DNA from: Eledone cirrhosa
Lineage: Eukaryota
Direction: 5' to 3'
Assembly (NCBI GenBank): GCA_964016885.1
Contig: OZ024743.1
Coordinates: forward strand, 190,464,001-190,528,000
DNA: 64,000 bases
The position numbers were made by a program, and so were the translations under genes. The notes under the pieces were generated by a model. That model did no database searches and was not told where the DNA came from. It saw only the letters and a list, made by a program, of their open reading frames with translations. This document shows positions 11,352-22,731 of this stretch, piece by piece (the stretch's first letter is position 1; every line of letters starts with the position of its first letter).

Positions 11352-14315
11352 TTTACAGACAACATACTCAGAGTAGGCCCATTCACTAGGGCCATACTTG
11401 CTTCTCTCACCCATCTTTCAACAAAATGCTGGGAAGAGAGCACTTCCCTCTCTACCCTGATTTTCCTTTTCAAATGAAATTTGAAAAAGTTAATCAGGGC
11501 ATCACCGAAGAGGTAAGTGCTCGTTTTCAGCCCTTACAAACGTGACCACCATACTATTTCTTTCGCCATGGCCACCAGATAAAAACTGCCTGCCCTTCCC
11601 GGCTAAAGGAAGAGGGCGGGGCAATCCTCACGATGGACTCAGCTGATAGCTGGATCCGTCCTACACGTGACAGCAGGTGTTCGACATAAACCCACAAGTC
11701 AGCAATGCTCGGACACTGGACGAGTGCGTGCAGGACGGTTTCGTCGCCCTGCGCGCATCTCGGTCATGCCCGATGACGGCACCTCCATGCCTGTAGAGTT
11801 TATTCCGAACTGGCAAAGCTCCTCGGTAGCACTGCCAGACCAGGGATTTCTGGAAGTTGTCCATAGGCCCCGGCCCATAAGTTCTTCCGAAGAGATTGGC
11901 TAGTTGATTTTCGTCGACGCCTAGAGTTTCTCCAAGTACGTCGTCGCTCTTCCCCTCCACTAATCCTCTATAGAACGCCAATGTGGAGTTTCCACCGATC
12001 ACATTGCCCGATTGGTCGAGGGCTGTGAGCGCCTGAAGACATTCCAGTCTGCAAGCGCTACCTCTCGGTCTTTGCTTGACCCAGGATTGCAGCTCCGTCA
12101 AGGAGACGAGCTGGGGAAAGACGTGTCTAGCAAACGGCGACCACACTTGATTACTGTCGAGAAAGAGCTGGAGATGTAGCCTGAGCGCGTGTCTGCGCAT
12201 CATCAGCCACGGCATGCCCAGCACTCCACGTAGCAGGTGTTGACAGCAGATGGACCGCCTGACCATCGGAGCGCGTCCCTTCCACAAGAAGCGAAAGAGC
12301 AAACGCTCCAGCGCAGTCAGGCGGGGCTTAGGACAAGGTACGACGGTCAGGCGGTAGTGGATGACGGACTCGATGTACGCATTCGCCCATTTCTGGGTGA
12401 GAGAAGCCATCCTACTCGTCACCTAGTCCCAGTTTTTGTCCGTCTGGAGGTCCGGACCGAACCAGACCCCTAGCAATTTAACCGGTCCGTCCAAGCCAGC
12501 CGCCCTCAGGACTGCCGCTAGGTAACGATGGTCAACCCTATCGAAAGCTTTCGACTGATCAAAATTGATCAAGGACCCACCCGTGCCAGGTTCCCTAGCT
12601 ACCCTCTCTACGATGTATCGCATGAGGTGGAGGTTGTCGGGGATGGATCTGACGGGAATGGCGCATGTCTGCGCCTCTCCCACCAGACCACCAGCGACAA
12701 GCGCCAACCTCTTTGCTAGCACCTTGGCCAAAATCTTGAACTCTGTGTTTAGCAGAATTATGAGCCTGAAATTATCTATGTTATCCCCCTTGTTCGGATC
12801 CTTTCTCAGCAGCACCACAGCTCCTCGTCTCACAGAGCTGGAATTCTCCCGTTCTGTTGCCAGTTGCAGTAGACGTCCGCCAAGAGGCCTCCAAACAAGT
12901 CTGGCATCTGTACGTAAAGTTCATAGGGCAGACCATCCAAACCAGGCGATTTACCCCTTGTGCTGCCAGTCATTGCCTCCCGTACTTCAGCGGCTGTTAT
13001 CGGCTTTTCGCAACACTCCGCCTCAGTGGCCGATTGCCGCGGCAGTCCGTCGAGGTAGACACTAAAGTCCATCCCTCGAATCGGCCCGCCGCTGCCCCCG
13101 AACAGCTGTGCGAACTGTCGCTGAAAAGCTTCACACGTTTGTCCGGGATCGGGTAGCATACGCCCGTCGGGGTCCACCAAAGATCGGATCGTGGCTTTGT
13201 TGCCACGACGCGCCTCCGCCACTCGGGCCCATTGAACGGCTTTTGTCCCCTCGTGTGTGAGAGCACGCACCCTAGCTCTGACAACGCAGCCTTCGTGCTT
13301 TGCATTGAAGAATTGGTCAAGGGCCAATTTCGCCGCAAGTACGTCGGTCGCGATGCCTTTGCTAAGCGCCTCGTCTAATTTTCTAACTAATTCTCTCTCT
13401 GCTCTATTTTTCTCTATTGTTAGAGCCTTACTAAACCTAATGGACTCTATTCTAATTGCTCTTTTCAGAGCAAACCACCACTTGTTGTTGACGATGGCCC
13501 CCGTCAACGCTCGCTTAACTAGTTCGCTAATCCGGTCTCTGTAGGCATTGCGCGCTGGTAAGGACGCGTTTAGCTTCCAGTAGCCGGGTCCTCGTCTATG
13601 AAGCCTATCTAAGTCAAGCACATAGATCAAGAATTTGTGGTCCGTGTAGCTGACTATCTTGAATTGTGGACAGCCTATGCTAGACCTATATATTTCCCTA
13701 CATAATACTCTATCTAGATATGACCTGGATGACCCTATGCGAGTTGTCCAAGTCCACATTGGCACATTCGGGAAATCTAATCGGTACCTGTCAGACAGTT
13801 CAAAACGCCTCAGCAGGTTGGTGAGGTCTTGCACCCTCCTCCCCTATCCGCTGATCCCACACAGTCCCAGCATTGATCTAAGATCCCGTTCCAGTCGCCC
13901 ACTAACACTAAAGAGCGGGACGTTCCAAGAGAGGTCTCCAGACGCCGGAAGAAATATGGCCGCCCTGCTCCTTTTGGGGCATAGACGGCCACTAGCCTGA
14001 ACGCTTGCCCGTCTCCGCTGGTCACGTCCAGCACCACCAACTTACCTTCTGGGTTCAGGAAGATGGCCCGTATGGTGAGATCCAAACCTCTCCGAAAAAG
14101 CACAGCAATCCTCCTCCCGATCTCGGACGGCTGGTAGATGCGTACACATCGTAGCCGCCGAAGATCGGTGCGAAGGCCCGTGCTTCGGAGATTCTGGTCT
14201 CGCTGATGGCCACTACATCTATGTTTAGTGACCTGAGGTCGTTGAGCAGGTGGCCCTGCTTCCATGACGACCCCAAGCCACGCGCATTTATGCTGCCTAT
14301 TCTGAGTGAGTTCAT
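11352..14315 (-). pseudogene. Tx1 copy 2 ORF2, disrupted
   Basis: MNSLRIGSINARGL start; several frameshifts and stops; ~0.4-kb RT deletion at ~12493 and ~39-bp deletion at ~12388. Confidence 0.88.
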
Positions 14316-14349
14316 GTTGAAATGGATTGGAAAAGATGGGAAAGACGAC

Positions 14350-15920
14350 TTACCTTACTTCTCGTAGAGGAAGGATGGTTTGTCCATCCCTTTTCACTTG
14401 ATCGTCTGGTGAAGGGTCCGTTGAAACGTCCCTTCGGCTGGTCGTCGGCTCTTCTGTGACTATATCCGAATATACTCTCCGGTTGAGTGTCCCTCCTAGG
14501 TCTCTGAAACCACCAACTGCGTTGGGGAATTTCGTTTTATTGTTTGTGTATTGTTTCTGTGCTATTCTTACCAGTCTTATGTTCGTTGGTGTTTTGATTG
14601 GTGCTGGTATTATGTAGTCGTGCTGTGAAATGTCTTTGTGTTCAATTATGTAAGTCATTACTTTCTTGTTGTGTGTATTTATTGCTGTGCATTTGTTTTT
14701 CTAGGGGTGGGGTGTGGTTATGCTATTTTCTTGTCGTTGTTGCTGGGTATGTGTGTTTTGTTGTGTTTGCGATGTTGGTGCTTGTGGTGGTGGTGTTGAA
14801 GGTGTTGCTGTTGTTTGCGGTGGGGTTGCCGCCGGTGGTGCTGGTGGTGATGGTGTTGCTGCTGTAAGTCTCTTTGCAGTTGCCTTTACCCTTTTTTCAT
14901 TTTTTTCTGTACTTGCAGTACAGTTGATTGTCCTCGATACCGACAAGGACAGACGCGGCCAACCAAGAAGGGGCCATCCGGAGGGCGTGGGTCAGTTTGA
15001 CCCTCACAATTTTTGCCCGCAGTAGGAGGACACCAACACCATTTCCTCGCTCTTTAGGGTCACTAAGGATTGAGCCTTTGCCTCCTAGGGTGTGGAAAAA
15101 GCATGTCCACGGTGGCATATTTCTTGCCTCGGGTGATATGCGTTTTCCGCTGCCACACAGATCCTAAGGCTTTTTGTATTTGAGCCTCTGTGGCTCTTTC
15201 AACCCTACGTGATTTTGTGCTTACTGTACGGTACGTGACCGTACAGTGATGTTGGGTGTCGAAAAATGTTTCGGCTGCCTTGCAGATTGCTCGGTGTCCG
15301 GTTTTCGTCACCATCTTCTTTGTTTCTTGTAATTCCTCATTTGTTATACGGATGGTTTCCAGGTTCTTTGTGATATCTGCAAATGAGATTGGTTTTTCTT
15401 TCTTGTTGTTGTCGTTGTTGTCGTTAGAGATGCTGTTACTCTTGTTGTTGCTGCTGGTACTACGACCACCGCCGCCGCTGTTGCTGTGGTTGTTGTTGTT
15501 GTTGCTGCTGCTGCTGTTGTTGCTGTTGCTGCTGCTGTTGTTGTTTATGCTGCTGCTGATCTTGTTGCGGCTGCTACTAGTGTTTTCCTTCTCATTGTTG
15601 CTGCTGCTGCTATTATTACGGCTGCTACTGCTATTCTTCATGACGTTAGACGAATGAAATGGCTTTCCGTATTTACCGCACACATTTTTTGTCGTTGACA
15701 TCGTCGTCGAGAAATGTTCCACGGTATGCACGTGCTCTTGGTGAAAGCTATCAGAAACTATATTTTTCTCTTTCTTTAATGGCGTCGCTTGCGAAAGAGA
15801 CGACACCACATTTAGAGAAGCGAGGGAGAGAGACAATCTTCTCTCTGATGTAGTGACGATTGGGGAAGAAGAAGACGGAATGAGCGGGAGTGACTTGTGA
15901 AAATTCTTTTTTGTAGCCAT
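14350..15920 (-). pseudogene. Tx1 copy 2 ORF1, divergent and disrupted
   Basis: HCTVTYRTVSTKSRRVERATEAQIQKALGSVWQRKTHITRGKKYATVD is homologous to copy 1 ORF1. It ends LPLREVR like copy 1, contains poly-Ser/Asn tracts, and lacks the knuckle region. Confidence 0.75.
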
Positions 15921-16136
15921 ATTTTTGGGGGGGTTTAAAATGAATATTGGGCACAAAATCCCAATAAGCGGTTATTTAACCCCAAAGGGCCAACTAACAG
16001 GCAGAAAGACTCCTTTCACGAGGAGGAGGGTGTTTTTGTCTACAATTTGGTTAAAGTTTTAAACAATTTACAATTGTTATAGCGGTTAGAAATTACTATA
16101 CCTTACAGAGCCGAGCCTCCGACAACCATGGCATTC

Positions 16137-16169
<33 letters not shown>
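16137..16169. repeat. (AAT)11 between Tx1 copy 2 5' end and Dong-B
   Basis: Seen directly. Confidence 0.95.
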
Positions 16170-16171
<2 letters not shown>

Positions 16172-17875
16172 AGAAACCTTGGGAGGCGTGAAGATCAAGA
16201 GAGGTATCTTCCATGGATATAGTCTGTCCCCTCTGTTCTTTGTCCTTGCCCTGATACCCCTGACCATTATACTGCGAAAAGTGAGAGCAGGATACAAGTT
16301 GGGAAAAGGAGAGCTTACCATCAATCACCTCCTCTTCATGGACGATCTTAAGCTCTTCGGGAAGAGTGAGAAGGAGTTGGATGTGCTTGTTGACACTGTC
16401 CGTATTTTCAGCAATGATATATGTATGCAATTTGGTAATATTAAGTGTGGAGTCCTTGTGATGAAGAAGGGTAAATTGAGCAGAAGCAACGGAATCCAGG
16501 TACCAACAGGTGAGATTATAAAAGAAATTGACACTGAAGAAGAATACAAATATTTAGGTGTTCTGGAGGCTGATGACATCAAGAACAAAAAAATGAAGGA
16601 ATTGATAAGATCTGAATACATTCGGAGAGTAAGGGGCGTATTAAAATCACATCTGAACAGTAGGAATGCCATAAGTGCAGTAAATTACCGAGCTGTGTCT
16701 ATTATTAGGTACAGTGCAGGAATTCTGAGAGGGAATGTTACTGAACAAAAATAAATGGATAGGAAGACTAGGAAGCTATTGACTATCTACAACATGTTCC
16801 ACAAGAGGAGTGATGTCGATAGACTCTACTTAAGGAGATCTGAATGTGGAAGAGGTCTTATCAGCATAGAGGACTGTGTTCAGATGGAGAAAAAGAACCT
16901 ACACAAATACCTGATTGATAGTAGGTAGCCAATGCTCAGAATTGTAGTGAAGGAGAGGATAACAGACCAGGGGATGTCCAAAGAGGAGATAACAACAAGG
17001 AGAAAGAGCAACCTTCATGAAAAATCCCTTCATAGTACCTTCTTTGAGAAAACTGAATTTAGAGATCGACAGACATGGAACTGGTTGAAAAGAGGAGACC
17101 TTAAAAAGGCTACAGTAGGAATGCTAATGGCTGCGCAAGAGCAGACCCTCAAAACGAAGTGGGTGAAACACCATATTTACAAGGAGGAGGCTAGCCCACT
17201 GTGTAGGATATGTGGAAAGAGAGATGAGACTGTGGCTCACATTGTATCCGAGTGTAAACACCTAGCCCAGACTCACTATAAAGGCTGGAGACATGATGTG
17301 ATGGGCAGGGTGATCCAATGGCACCTATGCAAAGTAAACAATTTACCACATTCTGAGAAGTGGTATGAGCATAAGCCAGAGTCGGTGATAGAAAACGATC
17401 AGGTGAAGGTGCTGTGGGATTTTAGGATACAGACGGACTGCAAACTGGAACACAATAGACCTAACCTCGTGGTTTTGTACAAGGAAAAAAGATCGTGCCT
17501 GATTGTGGATGTAGCCTGCCCATTCGACACAAGAGTGCAAGAGAAGGAGAGGGAGAAAATTAACCGATACAAGGACTTAAAGTGGGAGGTAAAAAGGATT
17601 TGGAACTGCCATGAAGTCAAAGTGGTCCCGATTGTCATAGGCGCACTAGGTACTATCTCAAAGAGTTTCCAAGGATGGTTAAAGAAAATTGGTCCCGCCC
17701 CGCTTTTTGGAACACTTCAAAAGGCATGCTTGCTGGGAACAGCAAGAACCCTCCGATACGTCCTGAATATCTGACGCTGCAGGTAGTGGCTTGATATTCA
17801 TTTCAACAAACTTTCCAGTTAACTAACATCAATGACTGAGACTGAAAGAACAACAATAATAATAATCATAATAAC
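16170..17875 (+). mobile_element. R4/Dong-clade RLE retrotransposon family B, 5'-truncated in RT
   Basis: RGIFHGYSLSPLFF, HLLFMDDLKL, YKYLG; AAQEQ; CRIC..ETVAHIVSEC; RH; WDFRIQTD..NRPNLV..IVDVACP..EKINRY; PIVIGALG; ORF ends at 17774; AAC/AAT tail at 17848-17878. Starts inside (AAT)n. Confidence 0.9.
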
Positions 17876-17878
17876 AAT

Positions 17879-18080
17879 ACAAGAGATAGTACTAATTAGG
17901 AACTGCCCATATACTAAGGAATATTCTGTCAAGATAAGTACATCACAAGTCTAAACACCTAAAGATGCATGTGTGTGTATGTATGTTCTTTTTTGAACAT
18001 GGCGGACCTTGTTGTCTCTTGCGGTCACTGGTTGTGACTTGGTGATAACTCGTATGAACATAAGCAAGATAAATGCAACT

Positions 18081-18081
<1 letters not shown>
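17879..18081 (+). mobile_element. 3' end of an R4/Dong family distinct from B, probably the missing end of family A (4185-4975)
   Basis: Encodes QEIVL..GTAHILRNILSR*, the canonical RLE-element C-terminus that is absent from the 4185-4975 piece. Followed by a 3'UTR and (TAA)n at 18082-18127. Confidence 0.65.
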
Positions 18082-18121
<40 letters not shown>

Positions 18122-18127
18122 TATAAT

Positions 18128-18582
18128 GTTTTTTTATTGGTCACAAGGGCTAACATGAAGAAGAACATTACAGACAGTACAGAACGAAATATGTAAAAAT
18201 AAATTAAAAAATTCAAACAACAAATACTCCCCAGTGTGTGTGTGGGGGGGGGGGGACCTCCGAGGGTCACTCATGGCGAAAACCACACAAAAGACCACGG
18301 CCATCCTGACCACCGGGGCAAGGGCCCTCTCTAGTCCTCTCCTCCTCAGTCTACTCAAAGCGGGCCTGTTCATTCGGACCAGGCTCACCACTTTCACCCA
18401 CCTTTCAACAAACTTACTAGTAGACAGCACTTGCCTCTCCACCTTGATTCTTCTCTTCAAGTGTAATTTGAAAAAGTTAATCAGAGATTCGCAGGAGAAG
18501 AAAGTGTCCGCTTTAATCATTTCAACCACAATTTCTTTCGCCATGACCACCAGGCAGATGAAAACTGCCTGCCCTTCCTCCT
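18128..18582 (-). mobile_element. 5'-truncated Tx1 LINE, third and more divergent subfamily
   Basis: EEGQAVFICLVVMAKEIV..LINFFKLHLKRRIKVERQVLS..VERWV; 3' end AATAAAAAAAC-(ATT)n as in copies 1 and 2. Confidence 0.85.
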
Positions 18583-18667
18583 GAGAAGAAGAAGAAGAAG
18601 AAGAAGAAGAAGAGGAAGAGGTAGCATCAGCAGCAGCAACAACAGCAGCAGTATTAGTAGTAGTAGC

Positions 18668-18704
<37 letters not shown>

Positions 18705-18730
18705 ACAGCAGCAGCAGCAGTAGAAGAAGA
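18583..18730. repeat. Compound trinucleotide microsatellite (GAA)n-(CAG)n-(TAG)n
   Basis: Seen directly. Confidence 0.9.
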
Positions 18731-19582
18731 CTCATAATTATAAATTCTAGTCTCATAGCAGCACCAACTCAATCAACACAAAGCGATGTAAAATAACGAA
18801 ATAAATTTTCGTCTCTAATTTAATAAAGAATTTCCATTAAAGATGTTTGTGTTATGATGGGACAAGAAACTATTTGAATCAGGCTCCACCAATGTCTTAA
18901 CAACTGGAGAAAGCTAATTAAACACAAGTAGAAATAAATAAATGTTTGCTTCATTGGTTCATGTGATGTCTTGCCTCGTTTTGAATGTTTAATATTAGAA
19001 ACAGAATGTGAAATATTTTTTAGTCAAATTCATATATATTTATTAGAGCAAAGTTAATTTAGAGTACTTTGGACTTATTTTTGTTGTTATTGTTTTACTG
19101 ATTCTAATGAAAAAATATGCTGCCAGTATTTAGTTGATTTCCGAAATAAAATCCCACTGAGATTGAATTAGTTTGTTTTTCATCTTTCTGGGACAAGGGT
19201 GCATTAAATAAGTATTAATCAAATTCCGTGATTAAAATAAATAACTATACCCCTAGCCTGAAAACTGGTCACTTTGTGTCATGGAAGAAGTGGAATGGAG
19301 GAGAAAGATGAAGGTGAGTCAAAGATAAAGGTTGTTGCTATTGTCATTTAGGCCCAGAACAAGGCTAACTGAGACTTATAATCATAGACATTTAAACAAT
19401 GGCAATCCCATAATTTTTATATATCTAGGGATATGCTGACCAATGTGTCCTTCCTTTTAATAATAGCAGTCTCATAATTGAGGGAATTTAAATGTTATTT
19501 CTAGTAGGTTCAGCAACCATGTTTGACCCAACAAGAAAATAAGTTATAAGGCATAGAGAGTGGTATAACCTGAATATAAATA

Positions 19583-19752
19583 ATTGTTTCTACTTTAGGC
19601 ACAAGGCCAGCAATTACCCTGTGTATTACTGGTACTTTATTTTATCGACCCCGTAAGGATGAAAGGCAAAGTCAACCTCGGCGGGATTTGAACTCAGATC
19701 GTAAAGGGACGTAACTATGCTGGAAAGCATGGCGTCCGACCCTCTACCGATA
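19583..19752 (-). mobile_element. tRNA-derived SINE, young subfamily
   Basis: Reverse complement is near-identical to 62540-62720 and 45581-45766; B-box GAGTTCAAATCC and central GCCTTTCATCCTTACGGGGTCGATAAAATAAAGTACCAG. Confidence 0.85.
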
Positions 19753-21463
19753 ATGTAACTTGCTCATGTCAGTCTACATAGTAATGGGAGGAATAATTTG
19801 TCTTCTGCGGGGAACAAGAAGTACGAGAGAAATCGCTTACTTTCAAAACATAGTTTGCCATAGATTATTTTTCTTCTTGTGTCTCTATTAGGAACAAAGG
19901 AAACAAAATTCTTCGAATGTGATTCTATTTTGTTGATATTACCAATATATTATTATATTATTGGTCCAGTTTCAAGCAAAATGAGAAACAAATAATTCCT
20001 CACAAATTACGTCAGTCGTGATCTAACTGTTAACAATGCCTTTCTTCCTCTGTAAAGTCATACCTTGATAAAGGCATGAAGCCAGGATACATAATTCATT
20101 TAAATGTAATCAATTATATGACCTTAAATCTTTTTGTTTATAACCTATTATTTATTATTCTGTGACTTTTAACATTTTCTATTTTAAGTATCCTCTGCAT
20201 CCCTATTGCTTTATCTGAAATCATTTTTGATATATGATGTATTTTCTTCAATCTGTCATTTTCTCAGCATTTTAAAGATTTCATTATTTTTATCTGATAT
20301 TTTTACTTTCTTTCTGTGTGTTAAGACGTTGAAAAGACTGACATTAACCATCATTAACCTTCATTTCACAAGAGATCAGGATTTGACATGAACATATCAA
20401 CGCTGCTTTTACTAATATTTTTTGTCTTTCATATAATAATTGTAAGCTAAAAATAGGGTTCTCTGAGAGCTGTTTCAAAAACTATCTTCATGTGTCAAAT
20501 CAATTTTCTCTACGAACATCAATATGATTATCAAAGCTATGTATAGATAATTATCCATTCTATCTGCTGACTTTGTCTAAACTTAAACTTTAATTCACTT
20601 GCTGTCATATCTCTACAAGTGTCTCCATTGCTGCTTGATAGTGATGGTAATTTATGAAAATAGCTCTAAGATTCAACTGTCTATTAATTTTTTCAATCAC
20701 ACTGGCTATAATACCTTACCTAATGTAATCAGTTACTCATATAGAAATTCATAATTTTAGATTGTATTTGGGGAATGAAAACACACTAGCTCTGAATATC
20801 TTAAAATTGTTATCTCTTTTTGATGCAAAAATATGATATACTTGTGCAGAGATTTAAATAACTACCGAATGATAAAACATAGGCACAGCATGTCATCAAA
20901 GAAGAACAGAGAAGGGTAAACTGAACAGATATCAGTTCATTTTCTTTTAGGTATGTTGGTTTGTGTCCATGGCCAATACAACTGCTTAAAATAATTAATT
21001 TTTAGATGGTAAATTAGTGTGAGATAAAGTAATTTTAATGTTTATGTAGAAGGGGCAATAAAAAATGGATGTTTGTTTCAGTATTAACAAGCAGTATTGA
21101 GTTTAATTTGTCATGTGGGATTAGTTTAGTGAGGAACAGGGTAACTCAATCTTGATACGACGAATGAAAACAAAATGTTTTAAGGTCTCATACGGCCTTA
21201 TATTTCGAGTTATCATCATTCACTTCCTTTCATTAGGCTGACGATCATTACACATATATGGGCATTCAAACATGCACATTAGCAGTGAGGTTTTATGAGG
21301 CAAGCATTACAATGAATGGTTTTAGCAAAATAATTATTAATCCAATTATTTTACTATTCAGTTCTCAAATAACAAATAATTTAACATTTGCTTCCAAATT
21401 GTAGTTCCGAATTACTACAGAAAAGAAGAGCTGATACCAGGCTAGTCGCAAATGTTGCAACTC

Positions 21464-21500
<37 letters not shown>

Positions 21501-21502
<2 letters not shown>

Positions 21503-21692
21503 CGAAGGAATTGTGGTAAGGAACCAGATGGACCATAACGTACCAGAGTACTCAATACTTAGGGTAGTAGAGTGGGTAATAGGAAAAAAGTATGACCCCG
21601 ACGGCAGAGCTCAAGCCGTTTCGACGGCTATTTCTGAATCCAGAAATAGCCGTCGAAACGGCTTGAGCTCTGCCGTCGGGGTCATACATTTT

Positions 21693-21697
<5 letters not shown>
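21501..21697 (-). mobile_element. Terminal pLTR fragment of the Naiad-type Penelope element with a fold-back palindrome, within (TA)n
   Basis: 21501-21636 is the reverse complement of ~25465-25598; arms 21579-21636 / 21641-21697; (TA)n on both sides. Confidence 0.8.
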
Positions 21698-21739
<42 letters not shown>

Positions 21740-21844
21740 CACAAGAGAGTGTGGGTTTATATCAATGTACAGGGAAAGCCACCAGTGTATGGAATCTATA
21801 AATTAAGAAAGGTGGGTAGATGAATAGTAATTATAAGTATATAT

Positions 21845-21927
21845 CACACACGTACAAACTCAAAGAGATTTGTTTCACCAAAAGATTAGTGTATGGAATG
21901 AAACATCCAGGTTCATCGGCGTGCGTG
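21845..21927 (-). ncRNA. Type-I hammerhead ribozyme motif, family B (core CCGAUGA, degenerate)
   Basis: CACGCACG-CCGATGA-ACC..GGT-GAA-ACAAA(TCTCTTTGAG)TTTGT-A-CGTGTGTG; stems I, II and III pair; U4 is changed to C. Confidence 0.7.
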
Positions 21928-22022
21928 TTAAGTGAATACATTCCACACAACTCTAAGAGAACTTAAGATAACGGCGTTGCAAAACGTACATTGATAAACA
22001 CACACGCTCTCTCGTGTAATAT

Positions 22023-22054
<32 letters not shown>

Positions 22055-22058
<4 letters not shown>

Positions 22059-22620
22059 TGTAATAAACAACATAAGATAATTATTTCATTTACCAGTGGT
22101 TTCTTGAAAGCAAACAAATGTGCTTTCAGTCGTCAGAATGAAAAAATCCTGGTGTTTTTATTGAATGTGGATTTGAAAAATTTAAGAAATATGAAAGTGA
22201 GGCTGAGGGAAGAAGAAAAAAAGATTATAAATATATAAGTATATAAACACACACACACACATATACATATGTATATATATAAAACATACAAACACATACA
22301 CATGAATAAACAAACACGCACACACACACACACATATATATATATATACACACACACATACATACATATATATAGACACACACACATAATTATAAAAATA
22401 AACAAACATATACACACTCGACCATACGCATATACTAAAATAAGCAGTTACATCAACTGGCCAAGATAAATCAGTAAAAATAAAGTCAAATATAAAAATA
22501 AAAAATAATAAATTAGCAAGTTGAGAGCGATACGAAGGAAGAAAAAAACAAAAATAAAAATAAATAAATAAACAAACACACGTGGTAAGCAAATGCACAA
22601 AATAATATAAATAAATAAAT
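22055..22620 (-). mobile_element. Penelope-type 3'UTR/pLTR segment, family C
   Basis: Reverse complement of 32540-32780 plus 33360-33560; ends in a hammerhead motif; flanked by (TA)n. Confidence 0.7.
22084..22143 (-). ncRNA. Type-I hammerhead ribozyme motif, family C
   Basis: TTTCATT-CTGACGA-CTGAAAGCA..TGCTTTCAA-GAA-ACC(ACT)GGT-A-AATGAAA. Confidence 0.8.
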
Positions 22621-22639
22621 ATATATATATAGAGAAAAA

Positions 22640-22731
22640 GTATCACCCCGACGGCAGAGCTCAAGCCGTGTCGACGGTTATTTCTGGACTAAATTAGAAT
22701 TTTTAGCCGAACTGTTCAAGGGGGTACTTCC
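22640..22731 (-). ncRNA. Second, degenerate copy of hammerhead family A
   Basis: Reverse complement CCCCC-TTGAACA-G..C-GACAC-GGC..GCCGTC-GGGG, with core substitutions. Confidence 0.55.

Larger units (their letters stand above)
11109..16136 (-). mobile_element. Tx1/L1-clade LINE, copy 2 (both ends present, internally deleted)
   Basis: 3'UTR and ORF2 are near-identical to copy 1. A deletion joins AAVLRAAG to DGPVKLLG and removes the YADD region. Divergent ORF1 starts MATKKNFH at 15920. 5' end abuts (AAT)n. Confidence 0.9.

Noticed and set aside
5370-15954. Plus-strand and alternative-frame ORFs overlapping the Tx1 elements
   Set aside because: Antisense shadows of GC-rich coding sequence with no recognisable domains.
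20840-20960. Possible host exon with nearby GT/AG signals
   Set aside because: No supportable reading frame or homology; splice-like motifs are expected by chance. The window could still be intronic.
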